DNA of 64,000 nucleotides from Parasitella parasitica NRRL 2501 (taxonomy: Eukaryota; Fungi; Mucoromycota). The stretch is from positions 14,567 through 78,566 of the forward strand of contig MU619311.1 of the NCBI GenBank assembly GCA_025201805.1. Direction: 5' to 3'. Positions 1 to 11,480 of this stretch are shown here, piece by piece. Positions within the stretch are counted from its first letter, which is position 1, and the number at the start of each line of letters is the position of its first letter. The position numbers were made by a program, and so were the translations under genes. A model generated the notes under the pieces. It saw only the letters and a program-made list of their open reading frames with translations. It did not search any database and was not told the DNA's origin.

Positions 1-660
1 ACATGTTATACGGCTGGAAGATTTCTCTTGTGCTCAAATAATATCGAAAGTAAGAGCATTTTGTTTATGGTAAAAAAAGACTACCAAGGGTTTCTATTCT
101 TGCGAGATGTTTGAAAATCTAATTTCTGGTGTTTTTTCACTGTAGATTTGTTTGAAACGCTCCTTTTTTGCGACTCACAATACTTTAAAATTTCCAGATA
201 TTGTAAGTAAAATTTTGCAATGAAATGGACCAAAATTAAGAAATTAAGAAGCTATTTACTTAGGTTTTGCTGATCATGATACAAACCTGTGTGTTGAATA
301 GACATACGTAGTTATTGCTGTAGGAATAGAAAATCAGCCAAAAAGAATGTATACTCTGAATTTAACACACTACTAGGTAAATGAGTTATCATTCTATGAT
401 AATACGTGCTAACGTATCTTTATTTTAGGGGAAAACTGAATATGGAAAACGAGCCGTTACTAGGCCAAGCACTGCGTAGATCAATAGACTTTATAAATGA
501 CAATACTAAATGTCAAGCTTGTTAATCCTACAGTATATACAGCTAATCAATGTATCATTCATAGTATCTATTGAAATAAATCCATCTGCAGTTTGAAACC
601 CTAATGAATACGCGAGAACAATTTATGAGAGATAAATACGATACCAATATAGTGATTCTA

Positions 661-933
661 TTTTCTATGTTGTGCACAAATGGGCATAATGGTGTACACG
701 TGAGCATTTCACATAGTATGCACTTTTGAGCATAGTATTAAGCATACGGGCAGATTATATGAAGAGCACATATGAGCTTAACAATAAGCACATGTGCTGT
801 TTTGTCTATTATGCACATTGTGCATATTAATGTATTATTAACCATATTCACTGTGCATAATAGCTTAGGCTTTAGTGGTATGCCCATTTGGGCATAATAA
901 GGTAATAATGTGCATACTACTTCGGCCGTAGTG
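661..933. mobile_element. Probable right end of a CACTA (EnSpm/CMC) DNA transposon with subterminal repeat array
   Basis: Ends in TAGTG at 929-933 (minus strand reads CACTACGGCCGAAGTAG). The preceding ~260 bp are packed with direct and inverted copies of a ~10-bp TRNGCAYA-like motif. The LINE RT homology stops here. The partner end is not in the window. Confidence 0.55.
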
Positions 934-1400
934 GTAGTGTGGTCCATATGTAATCTCTATTAACAGAGTCGTAGGCTGCTTTGATATCCAAAAATGCAAG
1001 TGTTGGTGACTGATCATATTGTTTTTGGTATTGCTGAATGAGTGTATGTAAATTGAAGGCTTGATCGATTACTCCACGTTGTCGTCGAAACCCGCCTTGA
1101 GCGATGTCCAGAGCATGCATATTGCCTAAAAGATCAGGTAGTAACAATCTTTCTAATAATTTTCTAAATGTTGATGTTAATGATATAGGTCTATAGTTAG
1201 CTGGATTATTGGGATCGTCTTTCTTGTATATTGGTACGACTTGAGCAGTGCGCCATGAAAGTGGAATCCAGCTATGCCTATAACAAAGATTGAGAAAAGG
1301 AGCTAATACTTTTGATAGTGGATAAGCGATAGGACGCAGCATTTCAGCAGTTATGTGGTCTGAACCAGGAGCTTTGCGCGATGGTAATTCTTTAAGGATA
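934..1400 (-). mobile_element. Non-LTR retrotransposon (LINE) reverse transcriptase fragment, truncated at both ends
   Basis: RT motifs KAPGSDHITAEML, WRTAQVVPIYKKDDP, NYRPISLTS, QGGFR, FLDIKAAYDSV. Homology ends before the YADD motif. Confidence 0.95.
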
Positions 1401-1472
1401 TCTTCGGTAGTATAGTGGTAAGTATCCCCGCCTGTCACGCGGGAGACCGGGGTTCAATTCCCCGCCGGAGAG
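1401..1472 (+). tRNA. tRNA-Asp (GTC)
   Basis: Acceptor stem TCTTCGG/CCGGAGA plus discriminator G; A-box TAGTATAGTGG; anticodon loop CTGTCAC; T-arm GGTTCAATTCC; intronless. Confidence 0.97.
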
Positions 1473-1473
1473 A

Positions 1474-1479
1474 TTTTTT
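1474..1479 (+). terminator. Pol III oligo-T terminator of tRNA-Asp
   Basis: TTTTTT one base after the discriminator. Confidence 0.85.
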
Positions 1480-1570
1480 AAAAATTTGATCTTTGAGGTG
1501 TGTGTAGCAACATACTTTTGAGGAATACTCGGCTATATCAAAAAGGACTAAAATTGCAGAACTAAGTTAA

Positions 1571-1860
1571 TTTTTTTTTTCTCTCTCTGACTGTTAGGTA
1601 TATCAGTTCTTTTTTAAAAAAGGTTTTTATTGATTGCTCTGTGTAAAGCACAGTAGTGAAACGGGCTCAAGAGGCCGGCGCAGATAAAAATATAGTCAGA
1701 CGGAGATAAAATAATACTGAGGGACAGAGATTGAGAGATATTAAATTGAAGGGACAAGAACACAGCAAAATAAACACAATCCAGCGAGGAATAGAGTGTA
1801 TAAATGCTTTGTTTGGTTTTGTAATTCCCATTCAAGTTTCGAATTTTTGAGAAGTCGGCG
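1571..1860 (-). mobile_element. Possible LINE 3' end (3'UTR, AATAAA, A-tract)
   Basis: Minus strand shows a T-rich tract, then a GC-richer stem-loop-like block (ctgcgccggcctcttgagcccgtttcactactgtgctttacacagagcaatc), AATAAA at 1631-1626 and A-runs ending at 1571. Architecture only; no clear coding homology. Confidence 0.4.
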
Positions 1861-2205
1861 TTAAATCAAGTATATCTCATTTTCAAAAACTAATTAAAAA
1901 TATATAGAAGTTTCAGAAAACTATGAAAAAAAATATATGTGCGTATGCAACAAAGCGTGAAATAAATGGTAATGTATTTTGATTTGAAAATAAGAACTCT
2001 TTTGACAGAGTAAATCATGTTGAAAGTCGGGCGAAATAGCTTGAATCAACCAAATTAGGAGATTCGAAATCCAAAAAAGGCGATTTTTTAAGCTGTACAC
2101 TTCGTTCTAATTAATAATATGTTAATATGTAAACATATGAAAGTAAAAGATAATAATAAAAGAAGGTGTTCAGTTTGACGATAGAACGATGACCCTACCA
2201 GTATG

Positions 2206-2375
2206 CTACAGAACGGAATGAACTGAGTCTTCCTCAATGCGTTTTAAAATATCGATTCGGATGTTGGCCAAAACCGCGGCTGTAGTGAAAGGAGTGCCAT
2301 CAAAGATAAAGCGACAGTGAGCTCTCCAGATGTTAGCCGAGGCTATGAAAACTATGAGAGGCGCAGGTAAACAAT
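2206..2375 (-). mobile_element. LINE ORF2 C-terminal relic
   Basis: ANIWRAHCRFIFDGTPFTTAAVLANI matches the IWxAHWxxxFxxxPF motif that ends L1-like ORF2 proteins; ends at a stop codon. Confidence 0.7.
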
Positions 2376-2799
2376 TCTTTTTTTTTTTGAAATGGTTCCT
2401 GAAATAATTTTTCAAGTACTGCGTTTTTTTCGCTTTCCGTGACCGTAGTGTTACTTTCATAATCAAATTTTTTTAAAACTTGACAAGATAAAAAAAAAAA
2501 AAGTCTTTTTCCAACGTTCATATCTCACTTTTTTTTTTGCGAGATCAATCAGCAGCTATTGTCTTTTGTTTTTTTTGTTTTTTTTGAAAGAGAAAAAAAA
2601 AAAAGAAGCATTTACAAGTATATATTGCAATCTACAACAGCGCCGTTCGTCATTAGAAACTTTTTTGTTCATATTTGAAGCTGGAATCATCCTGCGAAAT
2701 TTCACCATCGAGACAAACATTCAGTATATATAGTCTGGATATATCTGAAATACCCATACGCGCTTTACTCGAGACTTACATCAAATATCATTTTATATA

Positions 2800-4701
2800 A
2801 TGGGAGGGTAAGTTAATTCTGATATGTGTCAAATTTTTCTCCTGACTCGGTTTTTTTTTTTTTTTTCTTGTGCTCTCATGGTCACAGAGTTACCGTTGCC
2901 CACCAACTTAAAAGCGAAATTGTGAATGAGGAAAGTTATTCTGCAAATTTTTCCGTCGATGCGAATGGCCAGTCTTTAAATGACGAACAAATCGATCAAA
3001 TATTCGCTACATCTGCCGAATGGTCAAACAGTTTGCCTGTTGAAGATTTGACAGATGAAGTTCAAGAGCTTATGATACGGTACGACATGTCTAAGAATTC
3101 TTTACATGGACAAGTGATTGCTAACTAAAATAATATAGAGAATCTATGAACTCATGGCTACAACCTTGGGGAGAAAACACAGCTTGTCTTTCTGACTTTG
3201 ACGCTCAAATGTATGCTCAATCAATCCAACTCGAAGATATTTTCGGCCAGAATCAAATGGAGTTCAACCAAAGCATCAACCAAACTGCGTTTTATGATGA
3301 GTTGGCCTTTGGTAAGACTTGAGTATTAAGTTTTTTTTGCTGGATTCAAAATCTAATCCTGACCATTTTTAAGTACCTGATGATGGATCAGTTAATTTGA
3401 GCGCTCCCACTTCAACTGCTTCTTCCCCCTCTGATAGCTCTGCTCAAATCAGCCCTATTGTTCAGCCCGTTCCTGATGTTCATATCGAGCAAATTGAAGA
3501 GCAAGGCGTTATTGTCAAACAATTACAAATTTTTGAAAAGAATGATTTTGAAATTAATATTGATGAAGAGGAACTCAACATCGAGGAAGAAGAAGAACAG
3601 CCAATTATCAGGAACAATAACATATTGAAGCGTAGAAGAAGCTTGTCAAGTTGTAGCAGCAGCTCTAACGACTCTAATTCTGACTCCTCATCTGAAGACG
3701 AGTCAGACTCTGAAGACGAAAATGTTATTCCTACAACCGTTGCCAACATGAGTTGTCGTGGTCGTTACGCTTCATCCTCTGATTCTGAATCTGAATCTGA
3801 AGCCACATATGGTCGTCGCTCCCGTGCTGTCTCTCCTATTGCAAATGCCTATGTATATATGCACAAGCGTCAAATTGAAGAGACGTTATTGGATCGTATC
3901 ACCAACAACCTTGATCCTGAGAAGCTGCCCAGTATTTTACCCATTTTATCACCAGAGTCGAACCAACAAGAAGATGAAGTTGAGATCGACTTGTCTTGCT
4001 TGGCTCGTGAACAATTGGTTCAAGTGCTATCTTACGTTGATGCCTGTATCTTGGAACAAAACGGTGGTCCCACTGTCAATGTTGAGGATTATATCAATAA
4101 GGATCCCAAAGACCTTCGTTCTCGATCAGCACTGGTAGAGAAGAAAGTCCAGCGTAGACGTAAACCCATTAAACCAAAGCCACAATCTCGTGCAGAATTA
4201 ACTGAAGATATCGATGCAGGTTCATCGTCTGACGAGGAGGACGAACAGGTCAATTATGCTACGTCTCAGCTAAAAAATGTCTCTGAAGGTCCTATTTCCA
4301 TGGCCTCGTTAACAAAAAAGACTAATGCGACCAAGAAACATAGAAAGTCTCCAGTAAAGAAGAGCAAAGCCCGCCGCAATGATGATGATGCCCTTGTTTC
4401 TTCATCGATTCAGGTTATCCAAGATCCCAACAGTATTGCAATTTCAAAGCCTAAACGACGAGCAGCTATCCACAAGCGTCGCTTATTGGAAGAAATGCTT
4501 GCTCCTTCAGATGACGAGGAAGATGAAAATGATAGCCTTCTAGTTGTATATGGTGAGGAAAAGATGGATCTTGCTGTGATAGAAAATTGTACAATTACGC
4601 ATCAAATGCCAGTGACAGCGACCGAGCAAATTGTAACATTATCGCCTGTAATTGAAGAGGATAATGAAGATACCGACGAAGAAATTGATATTATGTGTTA
4701 A
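2800..4701 (+). CDS. Acidic low-complexity nuclear protein with an extra-terminal (ET/NET)-like domain; 3 introns
   Basis: ATG 2800; intron 2808-2887 gives MGGVTVAHQ; further introns ~3079-3138 and 3312-3372. LDPEKLPSILPIL...DEVEIDLSCLAREQLVQVLSYV resembles the BET/Taf14 ET domain. Confidence 0.75.
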
Positions 4702-5029
4702 TTTCTTTCAATCCTTTTTTTATACATATATTATTCATCACACCAGCGCATATCTACAATCCACAAAAGCCATTTAATTATTCATGATCTACTATATTCC
4801 AACGCAACCCAAAAGCAACTTTTGTTTTCCTTTATTTTATATATAAAAAATGTTATAAATTTTTCTGTATGTTGTACAATTTTATCAATATTTCTGTTAT
4901 TGAATTGCGGAAATACATACTTAAAAGTTTATTATGGGAAATTTATAAAATGACCTTCCCATACTCCATATTGTTCAAACTCTTTTATTCTTCTTGATTT
5001 GATTTGCTTGGTTTTTTGGAACAGAAAAA

Positions 5030-7384
5030 ATGACAAATAACACCTTACCATTTATCTCTCGTCGTTCAGCTGTTTATGGCACTCACGCTATTGTGTCTAG
5101 TTCGTAAGTCTTCATCTATTACTATTTATTTACCCATCTAAAACAAATAATACTTGACATCAGACAGCCTTTAGCTACTCAAGCTGGCATTGATATTTTG
5201 AAACAGGGCGGAAATGCAGCTGTAAGTTACTTTCGCAAGTCAACCCCATGTCATCTTTTTTATATTAATCACTCGCGCGATGTAGGATGCTGCTGTTGCT
5301 GTTGGTAATACATCACACGTTTAACATTTACCCGGAATTTTTCACTGACTATAGAGTTATTTCATGTAGCTGCTGCATTGAATGTCACTGGTAACTAGTA
5401 TACCTATAGTACACTATGAGTTTATCTTATTCATCTTTTATTTTAAATCAAGAACCGGGGTCAACAGGCATAGGTGGTGATGCCTTCTGTCTCTTTTATG
5501 ACGCAAAATCCAAAACTGTAAAGGGACTCAATGGATCAGGAAGGCAAGTAACTACCAAATCGCGATCAATAAGTTTATTGTTGAATGAGAATATACTGTA
5601 GAACTCCTGCTGCCCTGACCTTGGAACATCTCCGCAAACAAGGCATTGCAGGCCCTTCATTGCCAACTGATTCTGCCCACGCTGTCACTGTGCCTGGGGC
5701 TGCTGCTGCCTGGGTTGATACTGTCGAAAAATTTGGCTCCACGAAACTTGACCTTGCTGCTATACTTGGCCCTGCAATTGACCTTGCTGAGAATGGGTAA
5801 AGGAGTAAGCCCTTATATATATAAACCATCATTTAATATTTCGTTTGTAGATTCCCTGTATCGCATATTTCTGCGACTTCCGTAAGCAAAGAAACTCCTG
5901 GACTAAAAATGCATCTCTAATTATCTACGTTTAGTGGAGTCAAGAAACGGAACTTCTCATTAAAACAAATCTTGGCCAACAAGTTGACTGGCTGGTTAAT
6001 AATGAGAGAGCACCTAAAGAAGGCGAAATCATGTCCATTCCCACACTTGCCGAGTAAGATGATACAATTGATGCTTTTTTTTATCAAACACTAACAGCTA
6101 GTAGGACTTTCCGAACTCTCGCCGCTGAAGGCAAAAAAGGCTTTTATGGAGGTCGCATTGGCCAAGCCATTGTGGATGCTCTTGGGTCAAGAGGTGGTTT
6201 GATGACATTGGAAGATCTTGCTCGACATGAATCCGAATTAATTGAACCTATTTCTCTCGATTATCATGATTGGACTGTATGGGAAATCCCTCCCAACGGC
6301 CAAGGCATCACCACTTTAATCTCGTTGGGGATTATTGAAGCATTAGAGGAATCAGGCCGTATTGATTTTAACAAAATTAAGCATAATTCTGCCGAATATG
6401 TACACATTGTTACAGAAGCTCTTCGTCTTGCTTTTGCTGATACTAGACATTACGTAGCTGATCCTCAAGTCAAAAATGTTCCTACCGAAGCACTTTTAAG
6501 CAAAGATTACCTTAGAAAAAGGGCAAACCTGATTGACTTGAATCATAGAAACGATGATGTTAGCAGAGGCTTCCCCGAAGCGACAGGCAATACGGTTTAC
6601 TTTTCGGTTGTTGATGAAGAAGGAAATGCTTGTAGTTTCATTGTAATTATATTCGCATATGCTATTGTTCTGCACATATTTGCTAATTTCTGTATTTTAG
6701 AATTCTACTTTCATGCATTTTGGTGTATGTGTTATTTATTTTGTCGAAATTTAGATGCTAACTTTTCATGTTTTTAGTCTCACATTATCGTTGATAACTC
6801 TGGCATTGTTTTGCACAATCGCGGCAGCAACTTTGTGTTGATTGAGGATCACCCCAACTGCATTGGCCCTGCAAAACGACCTTATCATACTATTATACCT
6901 TCTATGGTTACTAGCAGATCAGAAAATGGTCATAAACTCGAGGCTTGTTTTGGTGGTAATGTAATTTAAACTAGCTATACTTAGGTACTAATTGAAGCAA
7001 AACATAGTAATGGGCGCTTTTATGCAACCGCAGGGACAAGTTCAAGTGATTTTGAATATGAAGCATTATCAATCAAACCCTCAACATGCTCTCGATCTCC
7101 CACGTCTTTGCGTTGCACCTCCAAAGAGCAACCCATTGCTCTCTGGTGGTGCGTATACCTTTACCGAAGTAACCCAATCTGTCATCTACTTAGAAGACGG
7201 TTTACAGGATACCGTTGAAGGATTAGAAGCTAAAGGCCATACTTGCTATATATTGCGAAATCATGCACGCTCTATGTTTGGCCGTGGCCAAATTATCCGA
7301 TCCATCACAGATAGCAGGACAGGTAAAAGAGTTCTTGCTGCAGGCAGTGATCCCAGGGGCGATGGTTGTGCTACAGGCTGGTAG
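5030..7384 (+). CDS. Gamma-glutamyltranspeptidase (Ntn-hydrolase), many introns
   Basis: [36 protein letters not shown], nucleophile in [31 protein letters not shown]. Confidence 0.95.
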
Positions 7385-7549
7385 TCATAGCATCAATTGC
7401 ACAATAAATCAGACAGTTGCTCAACAAAGAAAACAACACAACTTTAGAGTAATTCCTTTTTATATACTTTTATATATATATAAAACGCATCTTCAGTCTT
7501 TTTTTTATTTGTTTCTTTGGATACGTTACAATGAAGCTGGCTAAACAAT

Positions 7550-8311
7550 TTACTTCTTCTATAATCCCAAGAAAGGAATGTTAGTACAAAAACTTTTGTG
7601 TTGTAATGTTAAGATCAAGTTACCTTATTAGCCTCCTCCTCAGCCTTATCACGGGCACGCTTTTCACGGGCACCGAGAGTACGGGCAGCAGAGCGAGCAT
7701 AACGAAGATTCATGTAAGCATTGGTAGATTTCTCCTCTGCAGTAATGGCACGAGCTTCAGGGGCAGCAGTAACTTGCTCAACAGGGAAGAGAGAACCACG
7801 AAGTTGAACAGCAGAAGCAACTTCAGCAGCTTCAGCATCACCCTTCTTGGGCTTGCCAGCCTTACGGGGGAAAACAATAAGTTTAGCCTTATAAGCCTTC
7901 AAACGCTGAACGTTGAGTTCGAGAGACTCATTGGACTTGTTGCGACGACGGAAATCGACGGCAATGCCAATGGAGCGGGCTTCCTTACGACGGACACCAG
8001 CTTCCTATTTACGATTCGTATACTTTAACAAACTCATCCCAATCCCTCTACATTTTGAAACCTACCTTGAGCTCTTCGAGTGTGAAACCACGACCGCTTC
8101 TCAACTTCATATTGTAACGGACAGTGGGGCAACGAACAGCAGGGCGGAGAAGACCATCAACAGGTCTAGGAGCAATGCGACCAGCCTTTTGGACACGTGC
8201 GATTCTTCTAGACTTCTTGCGGCCAGCTTGGTCGAACCAAGTCTTGACACGGAGGTCCCATTGCTTGCGGAAATGCTGGTTAGGCAATTGGTTGTTGTGC
8301 TTCAAAACCAT
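7550..8311 (-). CDS. RPL13: 60S ribosomal protein L13 (eL13)
   Basis: [48 protein letters not shown]. Introns ~8006-8065 and 7559-7623; last coding exon is AAG AAG TAA; probable 5'UTR intron 8315-8494. Confidence 0.98.
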
Positions 8312-11300
8312 GGTCTATACGAAAAGAAGTTAGACTTTGGCTCATAATTTATGTAACCTGTACTTTGTTTGATGCAAATAGAAGAATCCATCCAAAATCA
8401 ATTCATCCATTTCACAACTTGGCCTCTCTCTCTCTGATGATGATAATGATGGATTCCTAACAGGATATCTGAATACTACTCAATCTATACATACCTAAGG
8501 ATTACCGGTGAGGGGGAAAGAGAAAGACTGCATCGATTACATGGTGTTGGAAGCACCAAAACGTTGATTTTGGATTTCCGAACGATATACCGGACACATG
8601 GCTTGCAAAAGCCCTCCTCAGTGACTTAGTAAGGTGCGGGCCGATGAGCTACATATGATCCTACAACTTGCAAGATAAAAAACTTGAGACCTAAACTAGA
8701 CACATGCTATTTTCGGTCGTCAATGAACGTAGCTTTATCTCAAAGCCTTACAATATATCTAAAATCCTCTAAATTAATTTGTATTCGATACAAAAATACT
8801 TCTGAATGAGTAGAGATGTCAAGTCATTTCCATTTTGGAAGCAAAGAAAGCTCCAAATTGAAGTTTCGAAAATATATTTGGTTTTAAAAAACTGCTTTGT
8901 CCATGCCATGATAGTCTGGTTCTCGGATGGCCATTTTCAGCCAAAGAAATATTAAGGGAGGTGTTTTCTGACGGCTTAACTTGGCATTTGATGCTTCATA
9001 CAACTCTCCAATTATAAAATGAAAAGTTGATATCAATACGAAAGTAAGATTAAGGTCGTGAAATCATCACATATTACAAATAATGAAGATAAAAAATGAG
9101 AAATTATGTTAATCATTGTTGTATGATTTGCTTTACCGTACTAAGTTTGACATCTTCCTCACCGAGTAGTAGTGCAATTTGATTGATGCTCGACATTCAA
9201 GTTCTACATGTCATAAGGATATTTCTTTGATATTCTTTATCCTGAATTATAGCGTATTCCTGAGTTGATGCTTCGGCACTATCACAAAAGTTCGTATACC
9301 CAAAAGCTCATCAATGTTTTCCTGTTGATTCGTATGGATTTTGCTCTCCTTGATACAATCCCGATGAATTTTGGAGCGAGGTCTATATTGTGACACCCCA
9401 GCATTACTACCGTATCACCGGAAGAAGTACAAGTATCGCAACTTTGACTTGACTGACCAGGTTTGCGTGAACGGGGGCGTTTCATGCAGCTATTCATGGC
9501 TTCAAACATCATGCAAAGGAATTTTATGTGAGGGAGGGGGGGGGGGAATCCATTTGGTGTGGTTCTGACTATAATCCGTCAAAAGGAGTATCTATTCCAA
9601 TTTGTGATATATCCAAATGCTGGCATATGTCTTCTTTCCTTCATTCAGTTCATCGTGGTATTATAATTTGACTAGAAAAATTCGCAATTTTATTCTAAAC
9701 TATATCCTTGGCCAGACTCGTTAAAATTGACCAAACTCATGCGTTGTCGAGTTCGCTATCAAACAGGCTTGTGCATAGCAGTAGGTAATATTGAAAATAA
9801 AACATATAGCAAAGGTTATAATGAAGAAAAAGTGGATCTGGACTAGAGATATTAAAAGCTGCTTTCGATAGGCGAGAGAAATACTTGATAATTATATATA
9901 TATAGATTCAAGAAGAAGTAACTCTTCGTTATGGCCCTGAGCCATTTTTTGTTGTGCTGAATTCATTAAAAAAATGAGCCAGAAAAATTTATGCATATAG
10001 AGATACTGCACTTCTTTATTATGAGTTTAGAAGTGGGCTGCCATTCTTCAGCATATTTCGTCCAGCTAAGTTTTTCCTCAGTAGAATCAAGTTTTTATCA
10101 CTCAAACAGGATAAACCGGCTGACGGAAGATGAGTTGATTATTACTCATGTCTTATTTTAGTGTAATTACAGGAGGCATGGCAAGATGGGATATATTCAA
10201 CTCATTTTGCAATCTTGATGAAGTTTGACAAGCTGATATAGACTACAGACATTTATTTGTTTTGTCAATTGAATAGAATATTTTCTGCATAGTGCACACT
10301 CAAAACCTTGCAAATCATATTTTGTTGATAGCCTCTATAAAAATCGGGACGAAACAGTTGATTCATTTCTACGCCCTAGCTCAGTTTGCCAGAAACAAAG
10401 CAGCTTACAATTATAGAAGCCGTGGAGAAGGAAATGTCACCTTATTATTTCGTGCTAAATATACCCCTCTCTGTATCGAATACGTTATATCAACAAAAAG
10501 TAGAAAATGATATAGTCTTTGGGGTCGCAAAATTAAAGAAGGTTATGCTTATCAAAAAGAAAATTTATTTTATCCTTGCATCTTAATTGCAAAAGAGTGA
10601 AAAGAAGAAATCTCGAAAAAAGGGAGGTATTATTGATCAGTCGATATTTTTCACTTGTTCAGCTGCATGGTATGATACAGCTTTCAAGACATACATGCCA
10701 TGCCTTACAATGTGATAAAGTTCAACATCTATCATGATGTCACTTAGAGAATGCAGAGATGAAATTGAGTCGACGGCAAGTTTCTTTTATATTGTTTGTA
10801 TATGATGTGAGTGTTGAAATTGTAATCACTGTGGCGATCTTTTTGATCGGATTTTAGTGCGCACGCACTGTGTTCAAGGACCCTCCCAGGGCAGCTTTAC
10901 AACTGAAGTTAAATAATAAATGGAAAGACTATAAAGAAGGATTGGATTGATTCAGATAATAAAATCTTCTCATCGCCGTCTTAACCAGATTGTTTCATTT
11001 CTAAAATACCTTCTGAAGCTGTTGTCAAGTTTGAAAACAGCACGCCATTTTTGCTGCTCCCACTTTTTGCCAATACATGGGCACATGCTTTTGTTAAGAA
11101 GCTAATAGAAATTGATGTAAAGTTATGGCATTGGAGATTCTCCGAGATTGAATTTACTTTAGTTCTATTTTTTGGCGGGTTAATACGGAAACCTGATGGA
11201 GCAACATCTTTTTAAGGGAAGTTGCTCAAAATATATTCGGCTTATAGGAACGAATCATGAAATGGCAGTGCGGGGCAGCATGAGTTATTGGTGAGGTCCC

Positions 11301-11480
11301 AGTGTTAAAAGTTGCACAACTGAATTTAACAGGTTGAGAGGAATCCCGTGTGATCCCACTTTGACGGGTTTCACTCCACTTGGGCCTTATATAATCTCTT
11401 CTGTGTTATATAAAAGACGGGAATTTCTTGTATCCTTTTTTTTTTATCCTACGTCTTCCCTCCTTTTTATATACACTGTT

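Noticed and set aside
661-930. CRISPR-like array or centromere core
   Set aside because: No constant repeat with unique spacers, and the gene-dense context is unlike the long gene-free pericentric regions of Mucor.
920-944. CTTCGG..GTAGT..TAGTG resembling the tRNA 5' end as a TSD
   Set aside because: Needs several gaps; better explained by a CACTA terminus plus RT codons for WTTL.
917-1438. 173-aa ORF as a real tRNA-RT fusion protein or retron-like system
   Set aside because: The start is a GTG inside the antisense tRNA, and the RT lacks YADD and later motifs. A truncated LINE explains it.
7606-8347. Plus-strand ORFs over RPL13, and similar shadow ORFs over other genes
   Set aside because: Antisense shadows of codon-biased real genes.
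8900-11300. Short ORFs between RPL13 and the WRKY gene
   Set aside because: No recognisable motifs or consistent exon chain.
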